Part shown: piece after piece, positions 13,080-25,379 of the stretch
Numbering within the stretch: position 1 is the stretch's first letter
How the letters are laid out: each line of letters starts with the position of its first letter
Source of the DNA: Octopus vulgaris
Lineage: Eukaryota
Assembly: GCA_951406725.2 (NCBI GenBank)
Contig: OX597816.1
Span: 177,258,001 to 177,322,000, forward strand
DNA: 64,000 nucleotides
Direction: 5' to 3'
The notes under the pieces: model-generated
What the model was told of the DNA's origin: nothing
Database searches by the model: none
Seen by the model: only the letters and a program-made list of their open reading frames with translations
Position numbers and translations under genes: made by a program

Positions 13080-14077
13080 CTTTAGTTAAATATATTCAAT
13101 AAGAATATTATATACTGGATTTATATTGAGTGCTCTATTGTATCAAAGTATTAATACTATTAAAGTATTTATATATTTAATAGGAGCGATTATATACATA
13201 TATATTTTCTAATGATATATTATTATTAATATTAGGAAATCAATACCAGAAAACTCCTCAGAAAGATATACGCGTTTGAGAAATAATTGTTGTATTAAAA
13301 ATATATGAATAAATAAATATAAATATATATATATATATGTAAATATATATAAGTATAAATTAATAATGTATATGATAGTTTAAAAGTTTTGAATATAGTA
13401 TTTAAAGCATCTTTCGATCGTTTCACATAAGTGTTGTCCCTATCACGAAATCCTATATTGATAAGCATTTATAGACAACTCTTCTGCTCTTCAGAGTAGT
13501 AGAATTTGAATTTTGCATAAAATTGGAATGGTAGTTTTTTTGAGTTTTTTTAATTTGAAGTAATACTATAAAATGGTGTTTGTTTAAAAGATAAATTAAA
13601 AATTAAAAATTACTACTTTTGATGAGAGTCCTTAAATCCATATATACTTCCTTGGTTATTCTTCTGCAATAATCCATAATATTCATATGTAAAATCCGTT
13701 ATATTATCTTGTGTTCCAAATATAGTTCATATAGTTAGTTTAGAAATGAGAAATTTGTATATAATTTAGTATGAGAATCTTGAAATTCATATATGTCTTC
13801 TTGCTACTCTGTAGCAATCCATAATACTTTTGTCTTGGTAATTCCTCTGTGTGTGTATATATATATATGATTTCTTATTCTTACATTGCAACATAAGGTT
13901 GAAGTTTTCCAGACGAAAGGCAGAGACGATCGACCGGTTCGCGGTATAGCCTTGGTACTTATTCTTTCAACTTTAGAGAGAAGTTTTGCTATGTATTGTT
14001 CTCTGGTTGGATTTGAACACAGAACGTAGAAAAAAGAAATGAAATACTGTAGAGTATTTAGCTTGTTTTCTATTTAC

Positions 14078-14177
14078 TTTGCTTCCTAGTCCATCACCGT
14101 TTTTTATGTACCAAATATTAGGAACATGGTGCTGCATTTTTATGGATTGGTATGAGAGTCTGCGACACAACATGCCT
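14078..14177 (-). CDS. Putative internal coding exon (R)GMLCRRLSYQSIKMQHHVPNIWYIKNGDGLGSK
   Basis: Acceptor TTCTTTTTAG, donor AAA|GTAAAT; 100 nt; phase 2 to phase 0; unique sequence. Confidence 0.5.
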
Positions 14178-14479
14178 CTAAAAAGAATATTAGGAACATA
14201 AGTAACTAATTTTAATTAAAAAACAACAACATTGGAACCATTGCTCTATGGCATGATTACTCTTTTTTCCCCCCGATGAATATGAATCAGAAAAAAAACT
14301 TTCAGCTATTTCCCATGAATATATACTAGCTATCTACGATAAGAGCAGAGTGCAAATTGAGACAATTTAAGTTGTAATGTACTTATTTTTATTCATTATA
14401 TTTGATAGTGCCAAACTATATAGTGTACCTTATTGAACAATATATATGTAAACGTTTACATAACACATTCATGGTGCTA

Positions 14480-17400
14480 TCTTTACAAAACCTCTTTGTA
14501 AACAATATTTTCCGTTTGTCTACAACTTAGTTTCAAATTAGCTGAATCCATTGCTCATTGCGACATACAGCCGGCCGTGCGTGAATATGGGAAAGGGCAG
14601 AAACACACCGACGTGATCCAAAGTCTCGCGCTGAGATTTGTTGTAAGGGAGAAGGCTAATTTGATAGGAAACTGCCTGCGTCGTAATTGAAATGGAAACT
14701 AATTATCTGAAGGCATCAGAGGTATCCGAGGTATAAACAGACGTTTGCCAGTGTAAGAAGGACCAGTTGCTATCACCGCTTCAATGACGTGAGAGTTAAG
14801 TTCCGTAACAGTATATCTTGTTCCGTTGCAATGTCCATTAGATGGGTCAGACTTCTTCAAAGTTATTTTGTGTACTGGTAGTCCCGATGGATTGAAGTTG
14901 TTCACGAAATTTTGCGGATATTGATGGCAATTTTCATCGTCTACAGTGTCTGAACTTAGATATTCCCGACTTTCTCCTGGGAAGCTCTTGATCCTATGTT
15001 CATTTACGCTGTTGATGACATCATTGGTTGAAGCAATAACAGCTCGTGAACATAACCATGACGGGATTCGTATGCTCTTCGTCTAAACCATCGAAGACAA
15101 ATTTGCACATTTCAGAAAAGAAGTTTCTTGGACAAACTCAGGCCGGGTTTGAATTGTGTTTTTATGAGGCTCAATATACATGCAGTTTCCAAATCCGCAA
15201 CAGAGAAATTGCGAACTTTCATGTTTATTGATAGTTTCAATTCTGTGACAGACTTCCAGATATATGATGTCTTCAAGGTTGCGTTGATTATCTGAAGTCG
15301 ACTTCCACGCTTGACAACTGGTAGAATTTGCTTCCAAGTCACCAACAAACAAAACGCATATTCCTCCAAACAGATCTTTTCACCTCCTGGTGTTGCGAAA
15401 GGAACGATCCAAGCATTCAAATAGAAGTTTATCACCTTGGCTGACTTCATCGACTATCAACAGGTCAGTCATCCTGAAGGGTTTTGCGGTTGCATCATGT
15501 TCGGATATTTGGCAAGTAGACTCTGGCGTGATGTTGATAGGAATTTTGCAGCGAGAGTGGGGGGTTCGACCATTGTGTAGCTGGATAGCTGAAATTCCTG
15601 AAAGATCAATAGCGAGTACGATTTTTTTTCTCCGATCGTAGAAAATCTACAATCGCATTCACGAGATATTTTTTCCCAGTTCCACCACTTGCACTCAGGG
15701 CAAAAATCTTGTTTTCAGTGTTTTTACTGATAACCGCATTTACTACCGTATCATACACATGTCTTTGCTCTATGTTCAACGTATCATACACCTCGGCAGA
15801 CGATCTTCTCAGACTACCAGCATCGAAGTCAACTTCTTCGGAAATATTTTTTGACATCAGATCGCGCGACACGCTGTAATCAGGTTTTGGCAGCTGGAAA
15901 TTTTTCACCTGATCAAGCTCATCTCTCTGAAGACGTCCTTGCAGGCGAATCAATACTTCATTTTCAATGCTAGGATTAAGCTGGTTGACATTATTCTGAT
16001 ACATGACATCACGTGCTAATTCAAGTGTCCAACTCTCCCCAAAAGGATCGAGGATCAGACGGCCTGCAACATATCAACATGATGGCAAAAAAAACAACAA
16101 CTCTATAAGTGAATCAACAAAACGAATACTTGCAGCTTCTTCCATTGCACAGTGTATTTCTCGATTATCGGATATGAACCGACGTCTTAGGCATGCTTCA
16201 TGAAATGTTGGACAAACATTTCCATCGACCGATTTCAAGTCTTCAAAGCTAGTTGCACCTGTCACATTGTGAAGTAATATTCGGAGATGAAAGAGTTCAG
16301 ACTGGTGTGCGCTCAGTGAAATGGTTGGGGTTCGCTCAATGGTATCAGTTTTCACATCTAGTACATAATTTCTCTTGCCTCGCTTTCTCCTTTGCCAAGA
16401 CTTGTTTTTACCAATCCATGTGTAGAACTTCGGAAAGTCTTGGTATAATATCTGTCTAGCCTTTTCATCTTGTCTATTGGTAGCAAAGAAAGCCATCAAT
16501 TTTGTTGTCGGTGGTCCTTTTTGCACAGCCTAGTTCACCGGACGACAGGAAATCAACTAAAATGTTGAATCTACTTAAGATCTTCGTTTCATTTTCAGGT
16601 TGATCATTCGTGGATAGTACCATATAATCCCTACTAGACGTTGAAATATGACGCTCACATCAACGTAGAAGTCGTGCACTCCGTCTAGGCAGTTAAGTAT
16701 TTATACAAATACATAACGAAAGGTCAAGATAGAGTCATCTTTAATACTGATGGTGGTCAGCAAGTCATAGTCATCAATAAAATTGAAAATTTGTAGGATG
16801 CTGTTGGTGTATGAAAAATCCATACAACTTCCAAATTGCCTTGCTAGAAGAGATGTATCGAGCACTCACGAAGTTTTCAATTTTATTGATGACTATGACT
16901 TGCTGACCACCATCAGTATTAAAGATAACTCTATCTTGACCTTTCGTTATGTATTTGTATAAATACTTAACTGCCTGGACGGAGTGCACGACTTCTACGT
17001 TGATGTGAGCATCATATTTCAACGTTTAGTAGGGATTATATGGTACTATCCACGAATTATCAACCTGAAAATGAAACGAAGATCTTAAGTAGATTCAACG
17101 TTTTAGTTGATTTCCTGTCGTTATGTTATTGGTATTCGCATACTGGTAGTGACAATATCTCTGACAAAAAATGATACTTACCACAAAATCTATCTGTTCA
17201 CCCTGACATGTGAGCAGCTTCTGATGATTCAGCCTGCCGTCTGATGGACTTCTTCTTCGATACGTGGGGTAGCTGTCTTCCGGGATGATGGTTGAATGCT
17301 GGAACGGTTTCGGGAAATCATTTGTACAATGTGCTCCATCCTTACCAACTTCCATACATGGACTTGATTCGTTAGTAGAACTACAGGGACCATGTGTATT

Positions 17401-18892
17401 GTGCGCCATTACGGCCTTGAATAACTTTGGATTCTTATTTTAATCAGGAAATCCTGCACTAACTACTTTGTCGATGACTTCTGGCACGGCAAGTTTGTGT
17501 TGAGGAGCCATTATAAGCAGTATAAGCGCATGTGTAAGTTCACGTTTCTGCCATTCAATGGTGAATGTGTGGACGATAACTTTCCCCAATACATGTTTTT
17601 TTCAGAAGATCGTGAAGAAGTACGCCGAGCTTCATTTTAAACACTCTAGCTAAAATGTTGGGACGGTCCTCAGGGTGCTCACCTGGAAATAACGCACTCT
17701 GAATCTCTGGCCACTTTGGATTTGTCGTGAAAGTGATAAAGTAGTCGGGCTTTCCCATCGCTCTGACTATAGTTATAGCACTTTGTCAGGCTTCATTGTA
17801 AAATCTTGGACTTCTTGTGATGGTCGGTAGGAGAATGATTCTTCTAGGTGTCACTGAATCATTTTGATGTATGGCATCAAGCAATCCTGAATACTTTTTT
17901 GCTCTTATCGCAGTTTGATTTCGTTCAACCCACTGAAGCCTGCTTCGTTCAACTTTCGCCCATTGAGCTACTGCATATTGCTGCAAGAGCCTTCTACCTC
18001 GCATCACATGGTTATCTGAATTTATTCTCACTTCAAGATGATAAGCATAGAAATCCATTGCTGTCAATGTCTGTCCATTTGTTTTCTTCGAATTCAGCCG
18101 CCAGCCATCAGTTCCTTCTTGAAACAACAAGATATAGTGTAGTGGATCATAAGATCGATGAAGTGAGTTAATGCGTTTGTACGGTGCATTCTGACAGTGG
18201 ATGATGACACCCAAAGGATCTTTAATATCACCAGGAACCAACGCAGCAACTTCAGAATTCATGGGTAGGTTATATTGTCTACAATGTTCATTGGACGGTT
18301 TTGGTTTTTATCGCGATGTAAAATGATTGAAAGATTTTCAGTTTTTGACAATCTATAGCTGCATGAAAAGATAGAACGTAAGGATTAACTTGACGAATAC
18401 GGTTTTGTAGAGCAGTAACTATATCTGGATCTAACTGATCCATGTGCTCCATACGATTTCTAGTCTCATAATCTGTATCTATTCCTCTTACATAATCTGT
18501 ATCTATTCCTCTTACATAATCTGTAATCTATTCCTCTTACAAAACTTACCTCCGGGTGCCAAATTTGCCTCAGTTGATGATATTACTCAGAGGGTGGGTG
18601 GGTGGGACAGGGTCAGGGGCAGAAGGAGGATGTCAAGCATGTCCCTTTAGGAGAGTATAGGCTACCCTATTCCTTCTGGAATCTCCGGGTACCAAAGTTA
18701 TCTCCGGGTACCAAAGTTACCGCAATTGATGAAATCACTCTGAAAATAGGGGGTGGGGGAGGGACTAAACCTGTATATAAACCACGCTAGAGACCCCCGA
18801 ACACCCCTACAAAGTTCATGCCGATTGGCCCAACCGTTTGGCCGTAATGTGAGTACAAACGGACGGACGGACATTACGCCCATTATAGTATG
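14480..18892 (-). mobile_element. Decayed autonomous Helitron (Rep + Pif1 helicase)
   Basis: 'GKPDYFITFTTNPKWPEI', 'HINVEVVHSVQAVKYLYKYITKG', 'YDPLHYILLF..GTDGW', Walker A 'ASGGTGK', 'NGHCNGTRY', 'LFIPRIPL'; frameshifted; ends approximate. Confidence 0.9.
18468..18541. repeat. ~24-bp tandem repeat x3
   Basis: CATAATCTGTATCTATTCCTCTTA repeated three times. Confidence 0.85.
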
Positions 18893-18914
18893 ATATATAT
18901 ATATATATATAGTA

Positions 18915-18973
<59 letters not shown>

Positions 18974-19122
18974 GTGAAATAGAAAGATGAATAATCTTGT
19001 AGCAGATTAATCAAAAGTTTAACCGATGTTTGACCAAAAGTTTGACCATGGGCTCTTAGGAGCCTAGTTCGATTTGTTTTGCTCCGCCTCTGTTCTGTTT
19101 TTGTTTTTTCCAACGGATTTCC

Positions 19123-19215
19123 TATTTCTTCCTGAAGAGAAAGACACAATATGGTCTCATTATTCAATCGGATTTTGGTAAATTGTGCCTTTCGAAACAC
19201 GTGTAGAATGAAATA
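19123..19215 (+). ncRNA. Type I hammerhead ribozyme motif with long stem II
   Basis: tatttcttc-CTGAAGA-gaaagacacaat..attgtgcctttc-GAAA-cacgtg-TA|gaatgaaata; predicted cleavage after 19205. Confidence 0.85.
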
Positions 19216-19263
19216 AAACGATTTCTGTTCAATCTTCGTTCAGCTCCATTTCTTCAATTCACT

Positions 19264-19295
<32 letters not shown>

Positions 19296-19845
19296 TTCCC
19301 ACTCATAAAGAAAGAAGTATTTTATGGATCAATAAATCCTTTACTCGTAATTTGCATTATTTCTGCAAGGAATAAAAAGCCATTAAAAAATATAACACTT
19401 TTACGGTTGTTAGCATTCTTTTTCTGTAATATTCTAGGTAACAAACACTTTACTCATAGAAATATGCATATTGTTAAGAGGACAGGAAGCATTAGAAAAA
19501 TGTCACAAATTTAGTCACTGGTTAGAAAGACAGTGAAGGCGGATAAATCATTGGGCTTGGTGTTATGTTGTCACTTCATTCTTCACGGCTTTATCATATT
19601 TTTGCGAGAATAAAACACGCACAAGAAAAATGCCTTTGCAAACGCCTAAATATTCTAGTTTACTAAATTTGCTTATCTATTTTTAACGGACATAGTCGTC
19701 TTGATCAACAACTTTAAAAATAATTTCATTGTCATTTAACGTATCAGTTGTCCAAACTATTCAGGCCACCAGCACTCCTAATCGGAAGAGTAATTAATTT
19801 GACAAATAGTCGGCTTATTTAACCATTCTTACGGCTAAATATATA

Positions 19846-20062
19846 TGAGGGGGTGCTGAAAAGTTCCTGGCTTTGGGTAAAAGAAAATACAGGAGGATCA
19901 GTTAATTATGATTTTATTCAACATATTCCTCTCTCATATTTACACACTTATTGCTGCAGTCCTTCAGTTTTTCTAAGCCAGGTAAAGGAATTCGGAAAGT
20001 TGAGCCTTCAACAAGGCCTTTCGCAATGCCCTTAAAGCCAGGAACCTTTCAGTACCCCGTCG
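19846..20062. mobile_element. Mariner-derived MITE
   Basis: TIRs TGAGGGGGTGCTGAAAAGTTCCTGGCTTT / AAAGCCAGGAACCTTTCAGTACCCCGTCG; TA flanks. Confidence 0.8.
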
Positions 20063-20625
20063 TATTTAGCCATTCTTACGGCAATATATACCTATAGCCT
20101 ATTTCAAGTGGGGTTAGATAGGTTTCTTAACGCTAGCGCATTTCATTCTAGAAATCACGTTAAATCTACTTCAATTACAATAAATGGAAACGGAGTTTAA
20201 AAATGACATTAATTTACTTAAAACTAAAACTTCATTTAACAGCCGTTGATTCCAGATTTATAGCGAAACATTGTTGAATTTAGAATTATTATTTTGCGCG
20301 CGTAATTGCAGGGAAAAACCTGGAAAACGGCTGAACGAATTTCCACCAAATTTGGCAGAAATACTCATTGAGTGATTGGCTTGAAATGATGACCATGTGA
20401 TTTGATTATCTTAAACAAAAAACGTTTTTAAAATCATACTTACAAATTTCCCGATAAGGAAGTGGTCATATTATTTTATTCCCTTTCTTTTTCATATGAA
20501 TCGACCCTCGTCTGCACGTGTGTAGATCATGGTGTTCCTATGCGCGTAGGCATGTGTGAGTATATACATACATACATACATACATACATACATACATACA
20601 TACATACATACATACATACATACGC

Positions 20626-20659
<34 letters not shown>

Positions 20660-21136
20660 TGATGGATTCGAGGGTTTGGTTTAATTGCGAATTGATTTCT
20701 TAATTTCACCGTTCTTAGGCTTTTATTCAAACACTAACAAAGCTTAATTAAGTTCAATTAAAAGCATGAGTAAGCAACGCATTGTAAGCCTCACTATCAT
20801 TTGCGGAAAAATTTACTTGCGCTCAGGGTATGCATCGCCCCTCCGAAATAATTTTTTTCTATTGATTTCATATTATTGATTCCTGAAAAAGTAAGTGAAA
20901 GAATTAAGAAAAATGAAAATTAGCAACGTTCATGGATGTTTTTCAAGATTTTTGGGAGGAAACGACACTGGATAAAGTGTGTGGCGTCAGAAAGAAAATA
21001 CTGGATATTTCGAAGGAAATTAAATGCTGAATCGGTGTGTTGTAGTTTTCTTTTTATAACTCGATACTTTTTGATTAAACCTTGGGTGGCTGAAGCGAGC
21101 TGTGGGTCCAAGCCTTTGATAATCTTTCTTAAAATA

Positions 21137-22442
21137 TTAGGTTGTTCCGAAAATAATGGCCGCTCTGTGTTGTGTTTCGAAACGCAATTTTATTATAGTA
21201 TTTTAATTGTATTTTAGGTGAATTTCGATATATTTAATAATTGATGTATGCTCTTTAATAATTTTCTACTTATTTCAGACAGAAAACATTTTTGAAGCAT
21301 AGGCGCCCTTAATTATGAACATGACAAAAAAAGGACCTTCGCTTACTTTTCTTGCATTAGTTGAAGCTTGGGCACAATACCTCCCAAACTATTGCCAATA
21401 CCAAAAGAGCATGAGGTGAGGAGCCCACAAGTGATCGCACATTACGAAAGTGGTTTCAGAAATCCCGTAGTGGTGATAAGAGCCTTGAAGATGAAGGTAG
21501 AAGACTGTCATGCAGTCTTATCAATGAACATTTGAAAGCAACTGTTGAACAAAACCCACGTCAAAGTGTCGGTATTGCAACGGTCTCACGTAATCTACAG
21601 AAGATTGGTAAGGTGAAAAAGCTCGATAAATGGGTACCGCACGAGCTAAATGAAAATCAAAATGTTCGGCATTTTGAAGTGAGCTCGATGCTCTTTCTGC
21701 AAAACACTAATGATCCTTATTTTGACCGAATAGCCACTTGTGACCAAAAGTGGATCCTTTATGATAACCATAAACCAGGTCAATGGCTTGATTACGATGA
21801 GTCCCCCAAACATTTCCCAAAGCCAAAGCTGCATCAGCAAAAGATTATGGTAACTATCTGGTGGTCTGCAATTGGTGTTGTCCATTACAGCTTTCTCGAA
21901 GCCAATCAGAGAGCATTACGGCAGAGGCTTACGGCAATCAAATCGCTGAAATTCATGCTCACTTGCAAAAAATGAGATCTGCAGTAGTGAATCGTCGTGG
22001 CCCAATTCTGCTTCACGATAATGCAAAGCCACATGTTGCAAGCATGACACTGCAGAAACTCACAGACTTGGGATACGAGACTTTACCACATCCTCCATAT
22101 TCTCTTGATCTTTCATTCACTGACTATCATTTTTTAAGCATTTAAACACATTTTTAAGTGATAAAACTTTCAGGTCCGAACCAAAGATGGAATCACCTAC
22201 ACATTTTTAAGTGATAAAACTTTCAGGTCCGAACCAAAGATGGAATCACCTTTCAAAGATTTCTTAGCATCAAAGCAAACAGGTTTTTGTCAACGAGGCA
22301 TAAATAATCTCGTTGATTGATGGCAGGGATCCATAGATGTTCACGGCTCATACTTTGGCTAATCAAGACATTTTTTTAGTGTTAGTTTTTCCAGAATAGA
22401 ATTATGTTTCTGAAATCGGCCATTATTTTCGGAACAACCTAA
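21137..22442 (+). mobile_element. Full-length decayed mariner (DD34D) transposon
   Basis: TIRs TTAGGTTGTTCCGAAAATAATGGCCG; 'WVPHEL', 'TCDQKW', 'LHDNAKPH', 'HPPYSLDLSFTDY'; frameshifts; ~53-bp internal tandem duplication at ~22146-22251. Confidence 0.92.
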
Positions 22443-22565
22443 TGTGAGGGATCATAAAACTGCAAGGTACATAACAGAATTTGCGTTGAGGCAGTCTAAC
22501 GATAGTTTAACTGGCCAAAACTTCGAAGTTATTATCAATGATATTTCTGATTAACATTTACATAG

Positions 22566-22641
<76 letters not shown>

Positions 22642-22653
22642 GTCTGTCTATAT

Positions 22654-23035
22654 AGGCGCAGGCGTGGTTGTGTAGTAAGAAGCTTGCTTCCCAACCACAA
22701 GGTTTAGAGTTCAGTCCCACGGTGTGGCACCTTGAGCAAGTGTCTTCTACTATAGCCTCGGGCACACCAAAGCCTTGTGAGTGTATTTGGTAAACGGAAA
22801 CTGAAAAGAAGCCCGTCGTGTGTTTTTGTGTGTGTGTACCCCCACACTTGAAACCGGTGTTGGTGCGTTTACGTCCCCATAACTTGCCATAACGGCAAAA
22901 GAACACGATAGAATAAGTACCAGGTTTAACAAATAAGTACTAGGGTCGATTCATTCGACTAAAAATTCAAGGCGGTGCCCCAGCTTGGCTGCAGTCTGAT
23001 TACTGAAACAGGTAAAAGATAAACGATAAAAGATA
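22654..23035 (+). mobile_element. SINE family B
   Basis: Same head, CORE-like segment and tail as 7689-8117. Confidence 0.8.
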
Positions 23036-23230
23036 TATATAAATTCTTCACGTGCACGCATGCGCAGACATACACATACGTATACAAAGCAACAACGCCA
23101 ACGCACTCAGAAACTCACACACCTGTTTTCTCACTTTTCACCACTGAATCTTACTACCGCTAACCTGTCAGTACCACTCCCTTATACGCATATCAGTCGC
23201 ATAGACACAAACACACACGCACACAGACAC

Positions 23231-23466
23231 TACCTATTTCTTTATTACCCACAAGGGGCTAAACATAGAGGGGACAAACAAGGACAGACATAGGTATTAA
23301 GTCGATTACATCGACCCCAGTGCGTAACTGGTACTTAATTTATCGACCCCGAAAGGATGAAAGGCAAAGTCGACCTCGGCGGAATTTGAACTCACAACGT
23401 AACGACAGGCGAAATACCGCTAAGCATTTCACCCGGCGTGCTAAGGTTTCTGCCAGCTCGCCGCCT
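23231..23466 (-). mobile_element. SINE family A
   Basis: Near-identical to 499-732. Confidence 0.85.
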
Positions 23467-23704
23467 CGACGCACACACTGGCCGTTTTCGCACTTTCCTA
23501 CCTTCAAAATTCACTTTTCCTATCTTTCTCACTTCCAACTTTGTAATAATAACTTCCCTACTTTTCTTGCATTACTCTTTCTCTTCCCTCTAGACTTGTC
23601 TTTTTTCTGACTAAGAGCCATACCCGAAACGTCAAACATCCCTCTTTTTTTTTCCATCTTAAACTGAGCATCAACCTAATACATTCACTGGATATGTCCT
23701 TTTG

Positions 23705-23738
<34 letters not shown>

Positions 23739-23939
23739 CTGTGAGCTGGCAGGGGTATTTACTCCGATTTTAGGTTCTGAGTTCAAATTCTGATAAGGTC
23801 CCCTTTGCCTTCCACCCTTGCGGGGTCGATAAAATAAGTACCAGTCGGGCATTAGGGTCGATACAACTGACTATTCTCCTCCCCAAAAATTATACGCCTT
23901 GTAACTATAGCAGAAATGATTATATATATATATATATAT

Positions 23940-24015
<76 letters not shown>

Positions 24016-24740
24016 TGAACATAGACAGCCAATTTCAGTTCGGTTATGTGCGACATATAATCACTGGAAATGTTCAATAAGTAGACAGTGCTATAAATTT
24101 GTCTATATGAATTTTTTTAAAAGAAAAATTATCTCAGATATAGTGCATCAAGAAAATATGGAAAATTTAGCAAAACAACCAAATATTTCAGCCACTTTTA
24201 GGCTAGACGCAGTTACTAGTTTAACCATACACAATAAGGTAGTTGTTGACATCAAGAATAATTGGCATACAAATAGACCAGGGACGAGGTTACACACACA
24301 CATACACAAAGAGATATACAAAGACACTAACATGAGTTTGTTGGTAGGTGGTGCTGATGGTGGTGGTGAGGAACTCCAGCGCAGTATGGAGAACTATTTC
24401 GCCCGGGCGAAGATCCAAAATAATTTTAATTTTCAAAGAATTTTGAAGTTGAAGTTGTCAGTTGCTGTTTAAATCTCGGAAAATTTTCTGAATACACACA
24501 CGCATAGTAGTTATTTGAGTAACAAACTGTTATTGAGAGTTCCTCGGGGCCGATCATAAGACAGTCGTATGCTATCTACTCATGACTTCTTGATAATCGC
24601 TTACAGGAAAATTGTGAGATTTATTGAAATTCAATAAATTACCATTATATTCTGCTTTTGGTATTCGAATATTTTTTCTTTCCACCTTGCTTTTCACCTA
24701 TGTGCTCATACGTGTGCGCGTGTGTGTACGTGTACGTGTG

Positions 24741-24788
<48 letters not shown>

Positions 24789-25379
24789 TGTGTGTGTGTG
24801 TGTGTGCATAGATATGATTGCATAGTTTTGCGGAATATTTTTTACCTTCAGAAAGAAATATCCGAGGAGAAATGTCTTTCTAAGGGCAAATACCAGAACC
24901 TAAACGTTACAGAACAGTTGGCAATTTTTGCAAAAATGAGCAATTTCAGTACAGTAAAAACGGTAGCTAACCATGAAAAACTAAGGTCATTTTCGGAATC
25001 GGAACCCTCAGATTAGCTAAAAAAAACGTGTTTTGTTTCTTGGCACCAAAAATTGTCTTGACCAGTGTTATCTATCATATTACAGCATCGCGTCATCTAT
25101 ATGTGTGTGTGCAATAGTTATGGTCATTACAACTATGTAAACAAATGAAAACTTATACGTTCCAAATACATTTGATAAAAAAATAATTTTTAATATTAAA
25201 AATTACTAAAGCTACGATCACTATAAATCGATGCGTTTAACTTTAACTTAATTTAATAAATTATATTATATAATATCATCTACATATTCATGAGAAACGT
25301 GCTTAATAGAATTTATGGCAATCTCAATGCTACTGTCACTTGTGTGGGAAGCTTTATATACATCTTTACTATTTGATAA

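Noticed and set aside
18468-18541. Short regular repeats resembling a CRISPR array
   Set aside because: No spacers; eukaryotic minisatellite.
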